A stretch of DNA of 64,000 bases, from the IMG/VR virus record IMGVR_UViG_3300027578_000006, positions 190 through 64,189 of that record, one strand, 5' to 3'. The stretch's first letter is position 1, and the number at the start of each line of letters is the position of its first letter. Made by a program: the position numbers and the translations under genes. This DNA comes from a virus. Lineage: Duplodnaviria; Caudoviricetes. Under the pieces are notes generated by a model. It saw only the letters and a program-made list of their open reading frames with translations. It made no database searches and was not told the DNA's origin. Below, in pieces: positions 44,387 through 54,226 of this stretch.

Positions 44387-46837
44387 ATGCCAATCGACAA
44401 GTCAATAAACCAAGCCCCCGCCGGGTTGGACGAACTGGAGACAGAAGACGCCGAGCCAGCGTTGGAGATCGAGATTGTTGACCCCGAAGCGGTCAGCATC
44501 AAGGGTCCGGGCTTTGAGTTGGACGTTATTAAAGCCGAGGTTGAGGATGACTTTGACAGTAATCTTGCCGAAGAACTTGACGAAGGTGCCTTGGCTTCGC
44601 TGGCGGAAGAACTTGCAGGCGACATTGAGAACGACAAACACTCCCGCAAGGAGTGGGAGAAGGCGTACGTCGAAGGCATTAAGCTCTTGGGTCTTCAGAT
44701 AGAAGAAAGAACAGAACCATGGTCAGGCGCGTGTGGCGTGTTCCACCCGATGCTCTCCGAAGCAGTTGTACGCTTTCAGTCTGAAACCATATCCGAGACA
44801 TTCCCAGCGCAGGGTCCTGTGCGTACCAAGATAATTGGTAAAGAAACGCCGGAGATTAAAGAAGCGGCACAGCGCGTGGAAGAAGATATGAACTTCGAGT
44901 TGACCGAAGTGATGTCGGAGTACCGCCCTGAACACGAGAGAATGCTCTGGAGCCTGCCAGCAACTGGCTCGGCATTTAAGAAAGTCTACTACGACCCCAG
45001 TCTTGGCCGTCAAGTGTCGATGTTTGTGCCAGCAGAAGACGGCATCCTGCCGTACGGTGCAACAGATATGGACACTTGCCATAGGTTTACGCACGTGATG
45101 CGCAAAACCAAGAACGAGATCGTCAAACTACAGCAGGCAGGGTTTTATCGTGACGTTGACTTGGGCGATCCAGACCGGCATGTAGACAATATTCAGAAGG
45201 CTAAGGATAAAGAGACAGGCTTTTCGGATTTAAACGACGACCGCTACACACTGTATGAGTGCCATGCTGACTTATATATTGAGGATGATGTGCATGCGGA
45301 CGTAGATGAGGACAAAGAGCACACAGAGATTGCGCTGCCATACGTCGTTACTTTGGTCAGGGGTACCAATGAGGTGCTGGCCATTCGTAGAAACTGGAGA
45401 TACGAAGACCCCTTGCGTCTAAAGCGGCAGCACTTTGTGCATTACCAGTACATCCCCGGCTTTGGGGCGTATGGCTTTGGTCTTTTTCATCTGATCGGTG
45501 GCTTTGCCAAGAACGCGACTTCCCTGATGCGTCAGTTGGTTGATGCGGGCACTCTTTCTAATCTGCCGGGGGGTTTGAAATCCAGAGGACTCAGGATCAA
45601 GGGAGATGACACACCGATTGCTCCGGGTGAGTGGCGTGATGTGGACGTAGCATCAGGCAACATCCGCGACAGTATTCTCCCCCTCCCCTACAAGGAACCG
45701 TCGCAAGTTCTCTATGCCTTGCTGGGCAACATCGTCGATGAGGGCAGAAGGTTTGCAGCAACTGCGGATATGAAAGTATCCGATATGTCCGCGCAAGCAC
45801 CGGTTGGAACAACGTTAGCACTGCTGGAACGTCAGCTTAAAGTCATGACCGCAGTACAAGCGCGTGTGCACTACACACTAAAGCGCGAGTTCAAGCTGCT
45901 TAAGGAAATTATTCGTGACTACACTGACGCAGACTACGAGTACACACCAGAGCACGGCACAAAGAAAGCCAAGCGTGAGGACTACGACAAAGTAGACCTG
46001 ATCCCGGTCAGTGATCCGAATGCAGCAACAATGTCGCAACGTGTTGTTCAGTACCAAGCCGTCATTCAGATGGCGCAGATGGCTCCGGATATTTATGACC
46101 TGCCGTTTCTGCACCGTCAGATGTTATCTGTGCTGGGTATTAAGAATGCAGAAAAGCTTGTGCCATTGGAAGACGATCAGAAACCACGTGATCCGGTTGC
46201 AGAGAACATGGCCGTACTAAAAGGTAAGCCAGTCAAAGCGTTCTTCTACCAAGATCATCAGTCGCATATTCAGGTGCACATGTCGGCAATGAATGATCCG
46301 TTAATTCAACAGATTATTGGTCAAAACCCACGGGCACCGCAGATTCAAGCCGCAATGATGGCGCACATTACTGAACACGTAGCCTACGCTTATCGTCAGA
46401 AGATTGAACAGCAGATGGGTGTTGCATTGCCGCCAGAAGATGAGAAGTTGCCGCCACAGATTGAGGTTGCGTTGTCTTCCATGATGGCGCAAGCGGCACA
46501 ACAAGTACTGCAAGAAAGCCAAGCGCAAACAGCACAACAACAAGCGCAACAGCAGGCACAAGACCCTGTCATTCAAATGCAGCAACAAGAACTGGCAATC
46601 AAACAGAAAGAAGTTGATCTGAAAGAGAAAAAGTTTGCCACCGACGCCGCAGCTAAAGCGGATGAGTTGGAGTTGAAGAAACAAGAGTTGGAAGCACGTA
46701 TGGAACTTGACGGCTTTAAAGCAGCAACTACGATGCAACAACAGAAAGAAGCTATTGAGGCACAACAAGAACGTGAAGGTGCTCGTATGGGTATCGACAT
46801 TGCCAAGGCTAAAGCACAGGAGAGAAAAATCAAATGA
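44387..46837 (+). CDS. portal protein (P22-like, long C-terminal coil)
   Basis: 816 aa after terL; GSAFKKVYYD; Gln-rich coiled-coil tail. Confidence 0.85.
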   Translation: MPIDKSINQAPAGLDELETEDAEPALEIEIVDPEAVSIKGPGFELDVIKAEVEDDFDSNLAEELDEGALASLAEELAGDIENDKHSRKEWEKAYVEGIKLLGLQIEERTEPWSGACGVFHPMLSEAVVRFQSETISETFPAQGPVRTKIIGKETPEIKEAAQRVEEDMNFELTEVMSEYRPEHERMLWSLPATGSAFKKVYYDPSLGRQVSMFVPAEDGILPYGATDMDTCHRFTHVMRKTKNEIVKLQQAGFYRDVDLGDPDRHVDNIQKAKDKETGFSDLNDDRYTLYECHADLYIEDDVHADVDEDKEHTEIALPYVVTLVRGTNEVLAIRRNWRYEDPLRLKRQHFVHYQYIPGFGAYGFGLFHLIGGFAKNATSLMRQLVDAGTLSNLPGGLKSRGLRIKGDDTPIAPGEWRDVDVASGNIRDSILPLPYKEPSQVLYALLGNIVDEGRRFAATADMKVSDMSAQAPVGTTLALLERQLKVMTAVQARVHYTLKREFKLLKEIIRDYTDADYEYTPEHGTKKAKREDYDKVDLIPVSDPNAATMSQRVVQYQAVIQMAQMAPDIYDLPFLHRQMLSVLGIKNAEKLVPLEDDQKPRDPVAENMAVLKGKPVKAFFYQDHQSHIQVHMSAMNDPLIQQIIGQNPRAPQIQAAMMAHITEHVAYAYRQKIEQQMGVALPPEDEKLPPQIEVALSSMMAQAAQQVLQESQAQTAQQQAQQQAQDPVIQMQQQELAIKQKEVDLKEKKFATDAAAKADELELKKQELEARMELDGFKAATTMQQQKEAIEAQQEREGARMGIDIAKAKAQERKIK

Positions 46838-47115
46838 TGGATAGCTTCGCAAGCGTATTGCGCGACAAAATACGCAAAGACATGAACGACTACACGGACG
46901 ACATGGCAAATGGCATTTGCATGGACTTCGCTGCTTATCAAAAACTGTGCGGGGTAATTCAGGGTCTTGCCCTCGCGGAGCGACACTTACTTGACCTTGT
47001 AGAAGCAGCAACTAAAGAGGATGAAGACGATGAGCGAACTGATGCTACCTCCGGGTATTCAAATGCCGGAGCCAATACAACCAGTCGAAGAGCCAACCGA
47101 GGAAATCCCTATTGA
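46834..47115 (+). CDS. small hypothetical head-module protein
   Basis: DFAAYQKLCGVIQGL motif. Confidence 0.6.
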   Translation: MMDSFASVLRDKIRKDMNDYTDDMANGICMDFAAYQKLCGVIQGLALAERHLLDLVEAATKEDEDDERTDATSGYSNAGANTTSRRANRGNPY

Positions 47116-47458
47116 AGACCGTGGGCGCATGTTACCCACGCCAACAGGATGGAAAATTCTTTGTGGTGTTCCCGATGTATCAGACAAGTTTGAAAACTCC
47201 AGTCTTGTAAAAGCGGAGTCGGTTATGCGTCAGGAAGAGCACTCAACCACTATTTTGTTTGTGCTGGCTGTTGGACCCGATGCGTACAAAGACACCGCCA
47301 AGTTCCCCAATGGACCTTGGTGTAAAGAAGGCGACTTCGTGTTAGTGCGTACTTACTCCGGTACTCGGTTCAAGATTTACAACAAAGAGTTCCGTTTGTT
47401 AAATGACGACCAGATTGATGCGGTCGTGGACGATCCACGCGGTATTACCCGTGCTTAA
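47030..47458 (+). CDS. groES: GroES-like co-chaperonin
   Basis: PTGWKIL, VLAVGPDAY, KEGDFVL..YSGT, RLLNDDQIDAVV. Confidence 0.85.
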   Translation: MSELMLPPGIQMPEPIQPVEEPTEEIPIEDRGRMLPTPTGWKILCGVPDVSDKFENSSLVKAESVMRQEEHSTTILFVLAVGPDAYKDTAKFPNGPWCKEGDFVLVRTYSGTRFKIYNKEFRLLNDDQIDAVVDDPRGITRA

Positions 47459-47470
47459 TAGGAGTGTTAT

Positions 47471-48454
47471 ATGTTAAACAAGTTTAATTTTCCGGATGAG
47501 GATGACGACAGAAAAGTCGTTGCCCAAGAAGAAGACGATTCCGTAGTCATTCAGGCTGATGCCGAAGGTGATGTCGAAATTGAGATATTTGATGATACCC
47601 CTGTAAAAGACCGTGGCCGCAAGCCATTGGACAAAGAGGTGTCAGACCCGACTGACGACGAAATCGAAAACTATTCGGATAAAGTGCAAGCTCGTATCAA
47701 AGAGCTAACACATGCCCGTCACGACGAGCGCCGAATGAAAGAGTCCCTCTTGCGAGAAAAGCAAGAAATGGACAAACTCATGGCGTACCTGTCTGAAGAG
47801 AATAAAAAACTCAAGCAGACAGTTAATTACGGGCAAGAGGTATATATCTCTACCGCGACAGATGCTGCTGAAGCCCAGTTGCAAGCTGCCCGCCGTCAAC
47901 TTAAAGATGCCCAAGAGTCTTACGACACCGACGCCATTATTGAAGCCCAAGAAGCTTTGATGGAGGCAAAGGTTAGAGTATCGCAGGTAAAAAACTTTAA
48001 ACCGACCCCTTTACAAGAAGAAGAAACCGCGGTACAAAGAGAACCATCTCAACCCCAACAAGTTGCACCGGACGAGAAGACGCTGCGCTGGCAGGCAAAA
48101 AACCAGTGGTACGGTCAACCGGGGTTCGAAGAATACACCAGCTATGCACTAGGGCTGCACCACAAACTAGTCAACTCGGGGGTAGACCCTCGTGACGATG
48201 AATACTTCGCCCAAATAGATGGGCGCATGCAAAAGACGTTCCCCGAATTATTTGGCGGGAATGCTGAGAAAAAGCCTGAATCTTCACAGGTTCAATCCGA
48301 GGCTCCAAAAAAACCTGCGGCTGTGGTTGCTCCAGCGTCTCGTTCGTCTGGAACAAAGAAAATCCAACTTTCTACTCGGCAACTTGCCTTGGCTAAGAAA
48401 TACGGACTAACCCCGCAGCAGTATGCTGCTGAAGTAGCTAAATTGGAGGTTTAA
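47471..48454 (+). CDS. capsid scaffolding-like protein
   Basis: acidic coiled coil upstream of capsid genes. Confidence 0.65.
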   Translation: MLNKFNFPDEDDDRKVVAQEEDDSVVIQADAEGDVEIEIFDDTPVKDRGRKPLDKEVSDPTDDEIENYSDKVQARIKELTHARHDERRMKESLLREKQEMDKLMAYLSEENKKLKQTVNYGQEVYISTATDAAEAQLQAARRQLKDAQESYDTDAIIEAQEALMEAKVRVSQVKNFKPTPLQEEETAVQREPSQPQQVAPDEKTLRWQAKNQWYGQPGFEEYTSYALGLHHKLVNSGVDPRDDEYFAQIDGRMQKTFPELFGGNAEKKPESSQVQSEAPKKPAAVVAPASRSSGTKKIQLSTRQLALAKKYGLTPQQYAAEVAKLEV

Positions 48455-48455
48455 G

Positions 48456-48890
48456 ATGGCTGACACTCGCACTCCTCGTGATCTCATTTCACGCGATAAA
48501 ACCGCACGTGCTGTTTATGTACCACCTTCAGCACTGCCTGATCCGACTCCCGAACCGGGATGGTCTTACCGATGGGTAGCTACCCATGTTAACGGTCAGA
48601 TTGCACCGACGTTCTCCATGCGTATGCGTGAAGGCTGGGTGCCGGTCAAAGCGGAAGATCACCCGGAACTCATGCTTCCGCCAAATGAAAAAGGTGAAGT
48701 CGCCCACGGCGGTTTGTTGTTGTGCAAGATGCCTACGGAGCAAGCGCAGTTACGTAATGCGCACTACCAAAAGCAGTCTGAAGACAATATCGAAGCTGTG
48801 GACAATACATTTATGCGCCAAAACGATGCTCGTATGCCTTTGTTTAATGAACGTAAGTCAACGACATCTTTTGGTAAAGGCAATAAGTAG
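48456..48890 (+). CDS. conserved head-module protein
   Basis: YRWV...REGWVPV...GGLLLCKMP. Confidence 0.65.
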   Translation: MADTRTPRDLISRDKTARAVYVPPSALPDPTPEPGWSYRWVATHVNGQIAPTFSMRMREGWVPVKAEDHPELMLPPNEKGEVAHGGLLLCKMPTEQAQLRNAHYQKQSEDNIEAVDNTFMRQNDARMPLFNERKSTTSFGKGNK

Positions 48891-48914
48891 TTCTTTTATT
48901 AACTAGGAGTAACC

Positions 48915-49523
48915 ATGGCCTATCCGACTGTATCAGCCCCTTACGGGCTAAAACCGGTCAATTTGATCGGTGGTCAGGTATTCGCAGGATCAACTCGTCT
49001 AATGGAAATTGCAAGTGGTTACGCCACTAATATTTTTTACGGCGATTTGGTAAAGCGCGTATCTGATGGAACTATTGAAAAAGACACCGGCACCACTACT
49101 GCCACGCCGTGCGGTGTGTTTTTGGGTGTTCAATTTACCAACGCTGCTACTGGGCAAGTGCAAAATCAGCAATATTATCCAGCAAGTCAGGCGATTAAGT
49201 CTGGTACGCAGATTTTTGCTGTGGTTGCAGATGACCCTGACACACTGTTTCAAGTAGCTTCTTGTTCTGGCACTACTGTTATTGCTGCAATGGGCAAATC
49301 CGCCATTGGTAATAATATTGCACTAATTCAAAACGCCGGCTCTACCAATACTGGTAATTCCGCCGTGGCGATTGACGAAGGAACACAGGCAACTACAAAC
49401 ACTCTCCCCATCCGTATTATTGATGTGGTTAGAGATACGGCAACAGGCGCTGACGCTTTTGTTGAGTTTATTGTTAAAATAAACGCAACTATGCACCAGT
49501 ACAACAATTCAACTGGCGTATAA
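48915..49523 (+). CDS. capsid decoration/minor head protein
   Basis: PYGLKPV, IFYGDLV; immediately before the MCP. Confidence 0.6.
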   Translation: MAYPTVSAPYGLKPVNLIGGQVFAGSTRLMEIASGYATNIFYGDLVKRVSDGTIEKDTGTTTATPCGVFLGVQFTNAATGQVQNQQYYPASQAIKSGTQIFAVVADDPDTLFQVASCSGTTVIAAMGKSAIGNNIALIQNAGSTNTGNSAVAIDEGTQATTNTLPIRIIDVVRDTATGADAFVEFIVKINATMHQYNNSTGV

Positions 49524-49535
49524 GGGAGCTAAATC

Positions 49536-50447
49536 ATGGCTATTTCACGCGCACAACTACTGAAAGAGCTGCTCCCCGGCCTGAACGCCTTGTTCGGTCT
49601 GGAGTATGCACGTTACGGCGAAGAGCACAAAGAGATCTACGAAACAGAGACCTCCGAGCGTTCTTTCGAAGAGGAAACCAAGCTGTCTGGCTTCTCGGCT
49701 GCTCCAGTCAAGAACGAAGGCTCTGCGATTGCTTATGACAATGCGCAGGAAGCTTGGACTGCTCGATACAACCACGAAACCATTGCCCAAGGTTTCTCGA
49801 TCACTGAAGAAGCGATTGAAGATAACCTGTACGACAGCCTGTCTGGCCGTTATACCAAGGCTTTGGCTCGTTCAATGGCCTACACTAAGCAGGTTAAAGC
49901 GGCTGCAATTCTGAACAACGGCTTCACTGGCGGTCAATACGCTGGCGGTGACGGCGTGGCTCTGTTTGCAAACAACCACCCACTCGTTTCTGGCGGCACT
50001 AACTCGAATATCCCTTCGACCCCCGCTGACCTGAACGAAACTTCGCTGGAAAACGCTGTGATTCAAATCGCTGCGTGGACTGACGAACGTGGTCTGCTGA
50101 TCGCTGCCCGTCCTCGTAAACTGATTGTTCCGCCGAGCCTGCAATTCGTTGCAACTCGTCTGCTCGAAACCAGTTTGCGTGCCGGTACCAACGATAACGA
50201 CATCAACGCGATCAAGAACAACGGTTCGATCCCAGAGGGTTATACAATTAACCACTGGCTGACCGACACCAATGCTTGGTTCCTGACCACCGACGTTCCA
50301 AACGGCATGAAGCATTTTATTCGTGCATCGCTGGATACAAAAATGGATGGTGATTTCGATACGGGCAACGTGAGATACAAAGCACGTGAGCGTTACTCTT
50401 TTGGCTTCTCAGACCCTCTGGGTATGTACGGCAGCCAAGGCGCGTAA
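49536..50447 (+). CDS. major capsid protein (Mu gpT-like family)
   Basis: MAISRAQLLKELLPGLNALFG...RYKARERYSFG; followed by a terminator. Confidence 0.9.
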   Translation: MAISRAQLLKELLPGLNALFGLEYARYGEEHKEIYETETSERSFEEETKLSGFSAAPVKNEGSAIAYDNAQEAWTARYNHETIAQGFSITEEAIEDNLYDSLSGRYTKALARSMAYTKQVKAAAILNNGFTGGQYAGGDGVALFANNHPLVSGGTNSNIPSTPADLNETSLENAVIQIAAWTDERGLLIAARPRKLIVPPSLQFVATRLLETSLRAGTNDNDINAIKNNGSIPEGYTINHWLTDTNAWFLTTDVPNGMKHFIRASLDTKMDGDFDTGNVRYKARERYSFGFSDPLGMYGSQGA

Positions 50448-50449
50448 GG

Positions 50450-50477
50450 AAATGGGGGGCTTTCGCCCCCCATTTTT
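50450..50477 (+). terminator. intrinsic terminator
   Basis: AAATGGGGGGC-TTTC-GCCCCCCATTTTT. Confidence 0.85.
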
Positions 50478-50498
50478 GTATGGTATAAAGCAGTAAAT

Positions 50499-50575
50499 CC
50501 GGGAATACCGGTGCGAACGAATGGCTCCCGGCCAACTTTTATGCAGATCGTCGCACTAAACTCGCATAAAGAGGA
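50499..50575 (+). ncRNA. pseudoknotted RNA downstream of the MCP, candidate Mu-gpT-DE-like motif
   Basis: CCGGGA/UCCCGG, GUGCGAACGA/UCGUCGCAC, UUUAUGC/GCAUAAA next to the GAGGA RBS. Confidence 0.55.
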
Positions 50576-50583
50576 CAATTCAA

Positions 50584-51087
50584 ATGGCACTTTCTACTAC
50601 CCAAAGCATCTGGCGTTCGGGCGGCGGCGATCAAACTCGCACCGCATATTGTGGTTCCGGCGTTATGGCTGCTAAGTTCTACATTGACCCTTCCGCTGTC
50701 GATACTACTACCGTTAAAGTTTCTTCTGCTACTGGTGCTCCAGCCGTAGTCCTTCCTGCTGGCGCAGTTATTGTCGAAATTCAAGCTAACGCTGCCGGTA
50801 CTGGCGGTACCACTCCTACATTTGATATGGGCTGGATTGGCTACACTGACCCCACCGCTCTTGATGCAAATGGTCTGTTGAGCGCCGCTGATGCTGACGC
50901 AGGTAAGCAAGTATTTAACTGGGCTTCCGCTACAGCGGGCGACGACATGGGTGTTGCTATGTCCCTGACTCAGATGGTTACGCTTACAGGCGGTGCAACT
51001 ACTGGCGACGGCCCAACGGGCGGCTCAATCACCGGCACAATCCTGTATTACGTCACCGATCCGCTGGTTGGTCAGCAAAACGTCTAA
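50584..51087 (+). CDS. virion structural protein (capsid accessory-like)
   Basis: LPAGAVI motif, beta-rich. Confidence 0.6.
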   Translation: MALSTTQSIWRSGGGDQTRTAYCGSGVMAAKFYIDPSAVDTTTVKVSSATGAPAVVLPAGAVIVEIQANAAGTGGTTPTFDMGWIGYTDPTALDANGLLSAADADAGKQVFNWASATAGDDMGVAMSLTQMVTLTGGATTGDGPTGGSITGTILYYVTDPLVGQQNV

Positions 51088-51103
51088 GTAAAGGAGCATC
51101 ATC

Positions 51104-51388
51104 ATGATGCAGACAGACGTTCAATCAGCAGCATGTGCTGCGGGGGCTAGCACTACGGCATTTGCAGACCGTACTCGCGTACGCGCTATTGCGATTAGCC
51201 ACGGTGCTACCCCCGGCTCTGTCACGATTAAGGACGGTGGTACAAGCGGTTCTGTGGTGTTTTCTTACACTACACCTGCTGTGGCGGAGGGCGTGTATAT
51301 GCTTTTTCCGGGCGAAGGTATTCTTTGCGCCACCGACGTTTACGTGACTACACCTGCTGGTGCAACTGCAACGGTGTTCTATGGCTAG
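51104..51388 (+). CDS. small virion structural protein
   Basis: beta-rich 94 aa, FPGEGIL. Confidence 0.6.
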   Translation: MMQTDVQSAACAAGASTTAFADRTRVRAIAISHGATPGSVTIKDGGTSGSVVFSYTTPAVAEGVYMLFPGEGILCATDVYVTTPAGATATVFYG

Positions 51389-52166
51389 TACCTTATCGTC
51401 TATAACCCGTTTTGGTTTGTATGAACCGTTCGACCTTCAGGTTGCGCGGGGGCAGATCACGGGCCACAAGTCACTGTTTAAGTTTGGCAATAACCCAGAC
51501 ATCAATGGCTCACTTGAGACGATCTGGTCACACGGCGGGTTGTATGTTTACCCAACGTCAGCCATTCAGATGAAGGTATCTTCGTCTAGCGCAGATGATA
51601 CTGCGCTGGGTACAGGCGCTCGGACGGTGTCTGTGCAGGGTCTGGATCAAGACTACAACGAAGTAGCGGAAACCGTTACTTTAACTGGGCAGACAGCAGT
51701 ACTCACAACCACCACTTTTATTCGGGTGTTTCGTGCCTTTGTCATTACGGCGGGATCAGGTGGAACTGCTGCGGGTACGATCTATGTTGGCACGGGTACA
51801 GTAACTGCGGGCGTTCCAGCAACCGTCTATGCCGATATTCCTGTAGGGGAAAATCAAACGCTAATGGCGATATGGACGGTACCGGCTGGGTACACGTTTT
51901 ATATGTACAGAGGCACTTTTAGCGCAGCATCGAACAATGCTGCTCAGTATATTTTGGGTAAGTTTATGATCCGCCCTTTTGGTGGCGTATTTCGTAATGC
52001 TGCCGATGTCACGTCAAACAGTAATCTAATACCGTATGACTTTGAAATCCCATTAGCAGTACCGGAAAAGGCGGATATTGAAGCACGGGCAATCGCGTTG
52101 TCGGGAACAAATTTCTATTCGACCGCCTCGTTTGAGGGCGTATATATCAAGAATAGCGGGACATAA
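51381..52166 (+). CDS. virion structural protein
   Basis: KFGNNPD..ETIW, GTGARTV..QGLD, YTVPAG-like motif (WTVPAG). Confidence 0.6.
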   Translation: MASTLSSITRFGLYEPFDLQVARGQITGHKSLFKFGNNPDINGSLETIWSHGGLYVYPTSAIQMKVSSSSADDTALGTGARTVSVQGLDQDYNEVAETVTLTGQTAVLTTTTFIRVFRAFVITAGSGGTAAGTIYVGTGTVTAGVPATVYADIPVGENQTLMAIWTVPAGYTFYMYRGTFSAASNNAAQYILGKFMIRPFGGVFRNAADVTSNSNLIPYDFEIPLAVPEKADIEARAIALSGTNFYSTASFEGVYIKNSGT

Positions 52167-52168
52167 TC

Positions 52169-52423
52169 ATGGCTAAATCACCAGCATGGCAGCGCAAAGA
52201 AGGTAAGTCCGAAAAGGGCGGTTTGAACGCCAAAGGACGGGCTTCGTATAACGCAGCGAATCCGGGGAAACCCGGTCTGAAAGCCCCCCAGCCGGAAGGC
52301 GGCGCAAGGAAAAAGTCATTTTGCGCCCGGATGTCTGGGATGAAAAAGAAACTGACTTCTTCGAAGACTGCCAATGACCCGAACAGCCGTATTAACAAAT
52401 CTTTGAGAGCATGGAAGTGTTGA
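52169..52423 (+). CDS. small basic protein
   Basis: AWQRKEGK..GGLN..GR, RKKSFCARM, SRINKSLRAWKC. Confidence 0.7.
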   Translation: MAKSPAWQRKEGKSEKGGLNAKGRASYNAANPGKPGLKAPQPEGGARKKSFCARMSGMKKKLTSSKTANDPNSRINKSLRAWKC

Positions 52424-52425
52424 AC

Positions 52426-52668
52426 ATGGCAACTCCAGAAATTGAAACAGCGCGTGAGCTTGCAACCCACGCCAACGATATTAAGCATCTGCAAGATGAC
52501 ATGGATGCCATGCGTGAAGACGTTGCGGCTATTCGTAAATCGCTGGAAGAAATCAGCAGAAAGCTGGCTTCTGCCGAAGGCGGTTGGAAAATACTCATTG
52601 GGGTGGGTAGTTTTGCTGGCGGTATCGTTGGCACAGTCCTTGGATTTTTTGGTAGTAAAGCAAGCTGA
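52426..52668 (+). CDS. coiled-coil plus C-terminal TM protein
   Basis: heptad pattern followed by a hydrophobic helix. Confidence 0.6.
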   Translation: MATPEIETARELATHANDIKHLQDDMDAMREDVAAIRKSLEEISRKLASAEGGWKILIGVGSFAGGIVGTVLGFFGSKAS

Positions 52669-53003
52669 TGCCTACCGTATCTAAAAAGCAGGAAAAGTTT
52701 ATGCAGGCAGTTGCCCACAACCCTGCGTTTGCTAAAAAGGCCGGTGTGCCGCAATCAGTGGGTAAGGAATTTACTAAATCAGGAGGCGGTATGGCAACGA
52801 AAATGAATGCAGGTTTCATGGCAATGATGAAGAAAAAAGCTCCAGCCAAGAAGATGGCCGGTGGTGGTGTAGCCGCATCAAAGATGGGCGCTGTTAAAAC
52901 TGCTGCTCCTAGCAAAGACGGTGTTGCTATTAAAGGCAAAACCAAGGGCAAGCAAATCGTCATGGCCGGTGGCAAGGGCATGAAAAAAGGCGGCTACTGC
53001 TAA
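52668..53003 (+). CDS. small Lys-rich protein with MAGGG and MKKGG motifs
   Basis: SKKQEKFM..AHNPAFAKKAGVPQSVGKEF N-terminus. Confidence 0.7.
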   Translation: MPTVSKKQEKFMQAVAHNPAFAKKAGVPQSVGKEFTKSGGGMATKMNAGFMAMMKKKAPAKKMAGGGVAASKMGAVKTAAPSKDGVAIKGKTKGKQIVMAGGKGMKKGGYC

Positions 53004-53015
53004 TAGGAGGCCATC

Positions 53016-53300
53016 ATGGCTGATAAAAGTACCGGAGCAAAACGTATTGGCCGAGACACAATGCGGTCAATGGGTCTTGACCCAGATAAAGACTATGTAG
53101 AAGCAGCCAAAAGCAAAGCTTCTGAACTTGCTGCTGACGCAGGTGTGGGTATGCGCAACGCTGGCCGACTGTACGGTAAGAGCATCGGTATGGATGTTAG
53201 CCCGTACGAGAAAGAGCGCGGTATGAAGTCAGGCGGCAAAGTTAAGTCTGCCTCCGCCCGTGCCGATGGCTGCGCTATTCGCGGTAAAACAAGAGCATGA
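53016..53300 (+). CDS. small basic protein with MKSGG motif
   Basis: C-term MKSGGKVKSASARADGCAIRGKTRA; AGGAGG RBS. Confidence 0.7.
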   Translation: MADKSTGAKRIGRDTMRSMGLDPDKDYVEAAKSKASELAADAGVGMRNAGRLYGKSIGMDVSPYEKERGMKSGGKVKSASARADGCAIRGKTRA

Positions 53301-53572
53301 TGGCCTCACGCGGTATGGGTGCAATTAGCCCTTCCAAGATGCCCGGCGGGAAGAAGAAAGCCCGTCGGGATGACACCGACTTTACGCAGTACAAAGAAGG
53401 TGGGAAGGTTAATGCTGCTGGTAACTACACCAAGCCCGAACTTCGCAAGAAGATCGTGTCGCAGGTAAAGTCCGCAGCAACTCATGGCACGGGTGCAGGT
53501 CAGTGGTCAGCCCGCAAAGCGCAGCTTGTGGCTAAGAAGTACAAGGCTGCTGGTGGTGGGTACAGAGATTAA
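53297..53572 (+). CDS. small basic protein, YKEGG followed by a DUF5872-like N-half
   Basis: NYTKPELR...GQWSARKAQL...YK..GGGY. Confidence 0.65.
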   Translation: MMASRGMGAISPSKMPGGKKKARRDDTDFTQYKEGGKVNAAGNYTKPELRKKIVSQVKSAATHGTGAGQWSARKAQLVAKKYKAAGGGYRD

Positions 53573-54226
53573 ATGAGTGTGCTGCAAATCCGTCCTGACT
53601 TGATGTTTGTGGGTCAGGTACACGGCAAAGGCGTAGCGGTACCGCCAGAAGTTAAAGCTGCTATTGGTAAGTACGGAGCTTGGTACGAGGGTAACGGTGA
53701 TGATCGACTGCCGGGAATTAAGTACCAAGGGTCGTGGGACGACGCTCTTGCAAAAGACGTAAAGGGTTACCCGAAAGAGTTTTTGTTTGTTATTTTTACA
53801 AACACGGCGGTCAACGAGCAGAAAGAAATATTGGTAGGTGCAGGTACTATTTTTGACAGATTGCTTAAAACGCAAGGGCAGTACGGTTATTTTAAGAAGC
53901 GCAGGTTTGGTGCTGATACGCTGACCGAGTTTTTAAAAGCGATGGGCGGTACGTATTTAAAAAACAGTCAAGCCGAAGCAACCAAAGAAAATGTGGCGGC
54001 TTTTATAAGTAGCGGTGAAAAGGACATGTGGGAGTCTGGTAGTACACCAGCAAAGAAGATGGCAGACAAGGCAAACAACCGCCGGGATATGTGGCTTTTA
54101 TCGCAACCCAAAGGTGTTTATTTTGTTGGGTCAGATCACCTACAAGACTTAAAATTGCTGCACTCGGGTAAAAGTTCTGGTGTCGAAAAAAGTGATGTAA
54201 ACCGGAAAAATACTAAGCTAATATGA
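53573..54226 (+). CDS. hypothetical protein, candidate TraB/TIKI/EreA-superfamily metallohydrolase
   Basis: FVGQVHG, WYEG, RRDMWL, VYFVGSDHL in the expected order. Confidence 0.45.
   Translation: MSVLQIRPDLMFVGQVHGKGVAVPPEVKAAIGKYGAWYEGNGDDRLPGIKYQGSWDDALAKDVKGYPKEFLFVIFTNTAVNEQKEILVGAGTIFDRLLKTQGQYGYFKKRRFGADTLTEFLKAMGGTYLKNSQAEATKENVAAFISSGEKDMWESGSTPAKKMADKANNRRDMWLLSQPKGVYFVGSDHLQDLKLLHSGKSSGVEKSDVNRKNTKLI

Noticed and set aside
47030-47458. GroES without GroEL as a novelty
   Set aside because: Phage-encoded co-chaperonins that use host GroEL are well known (T4 gp31).
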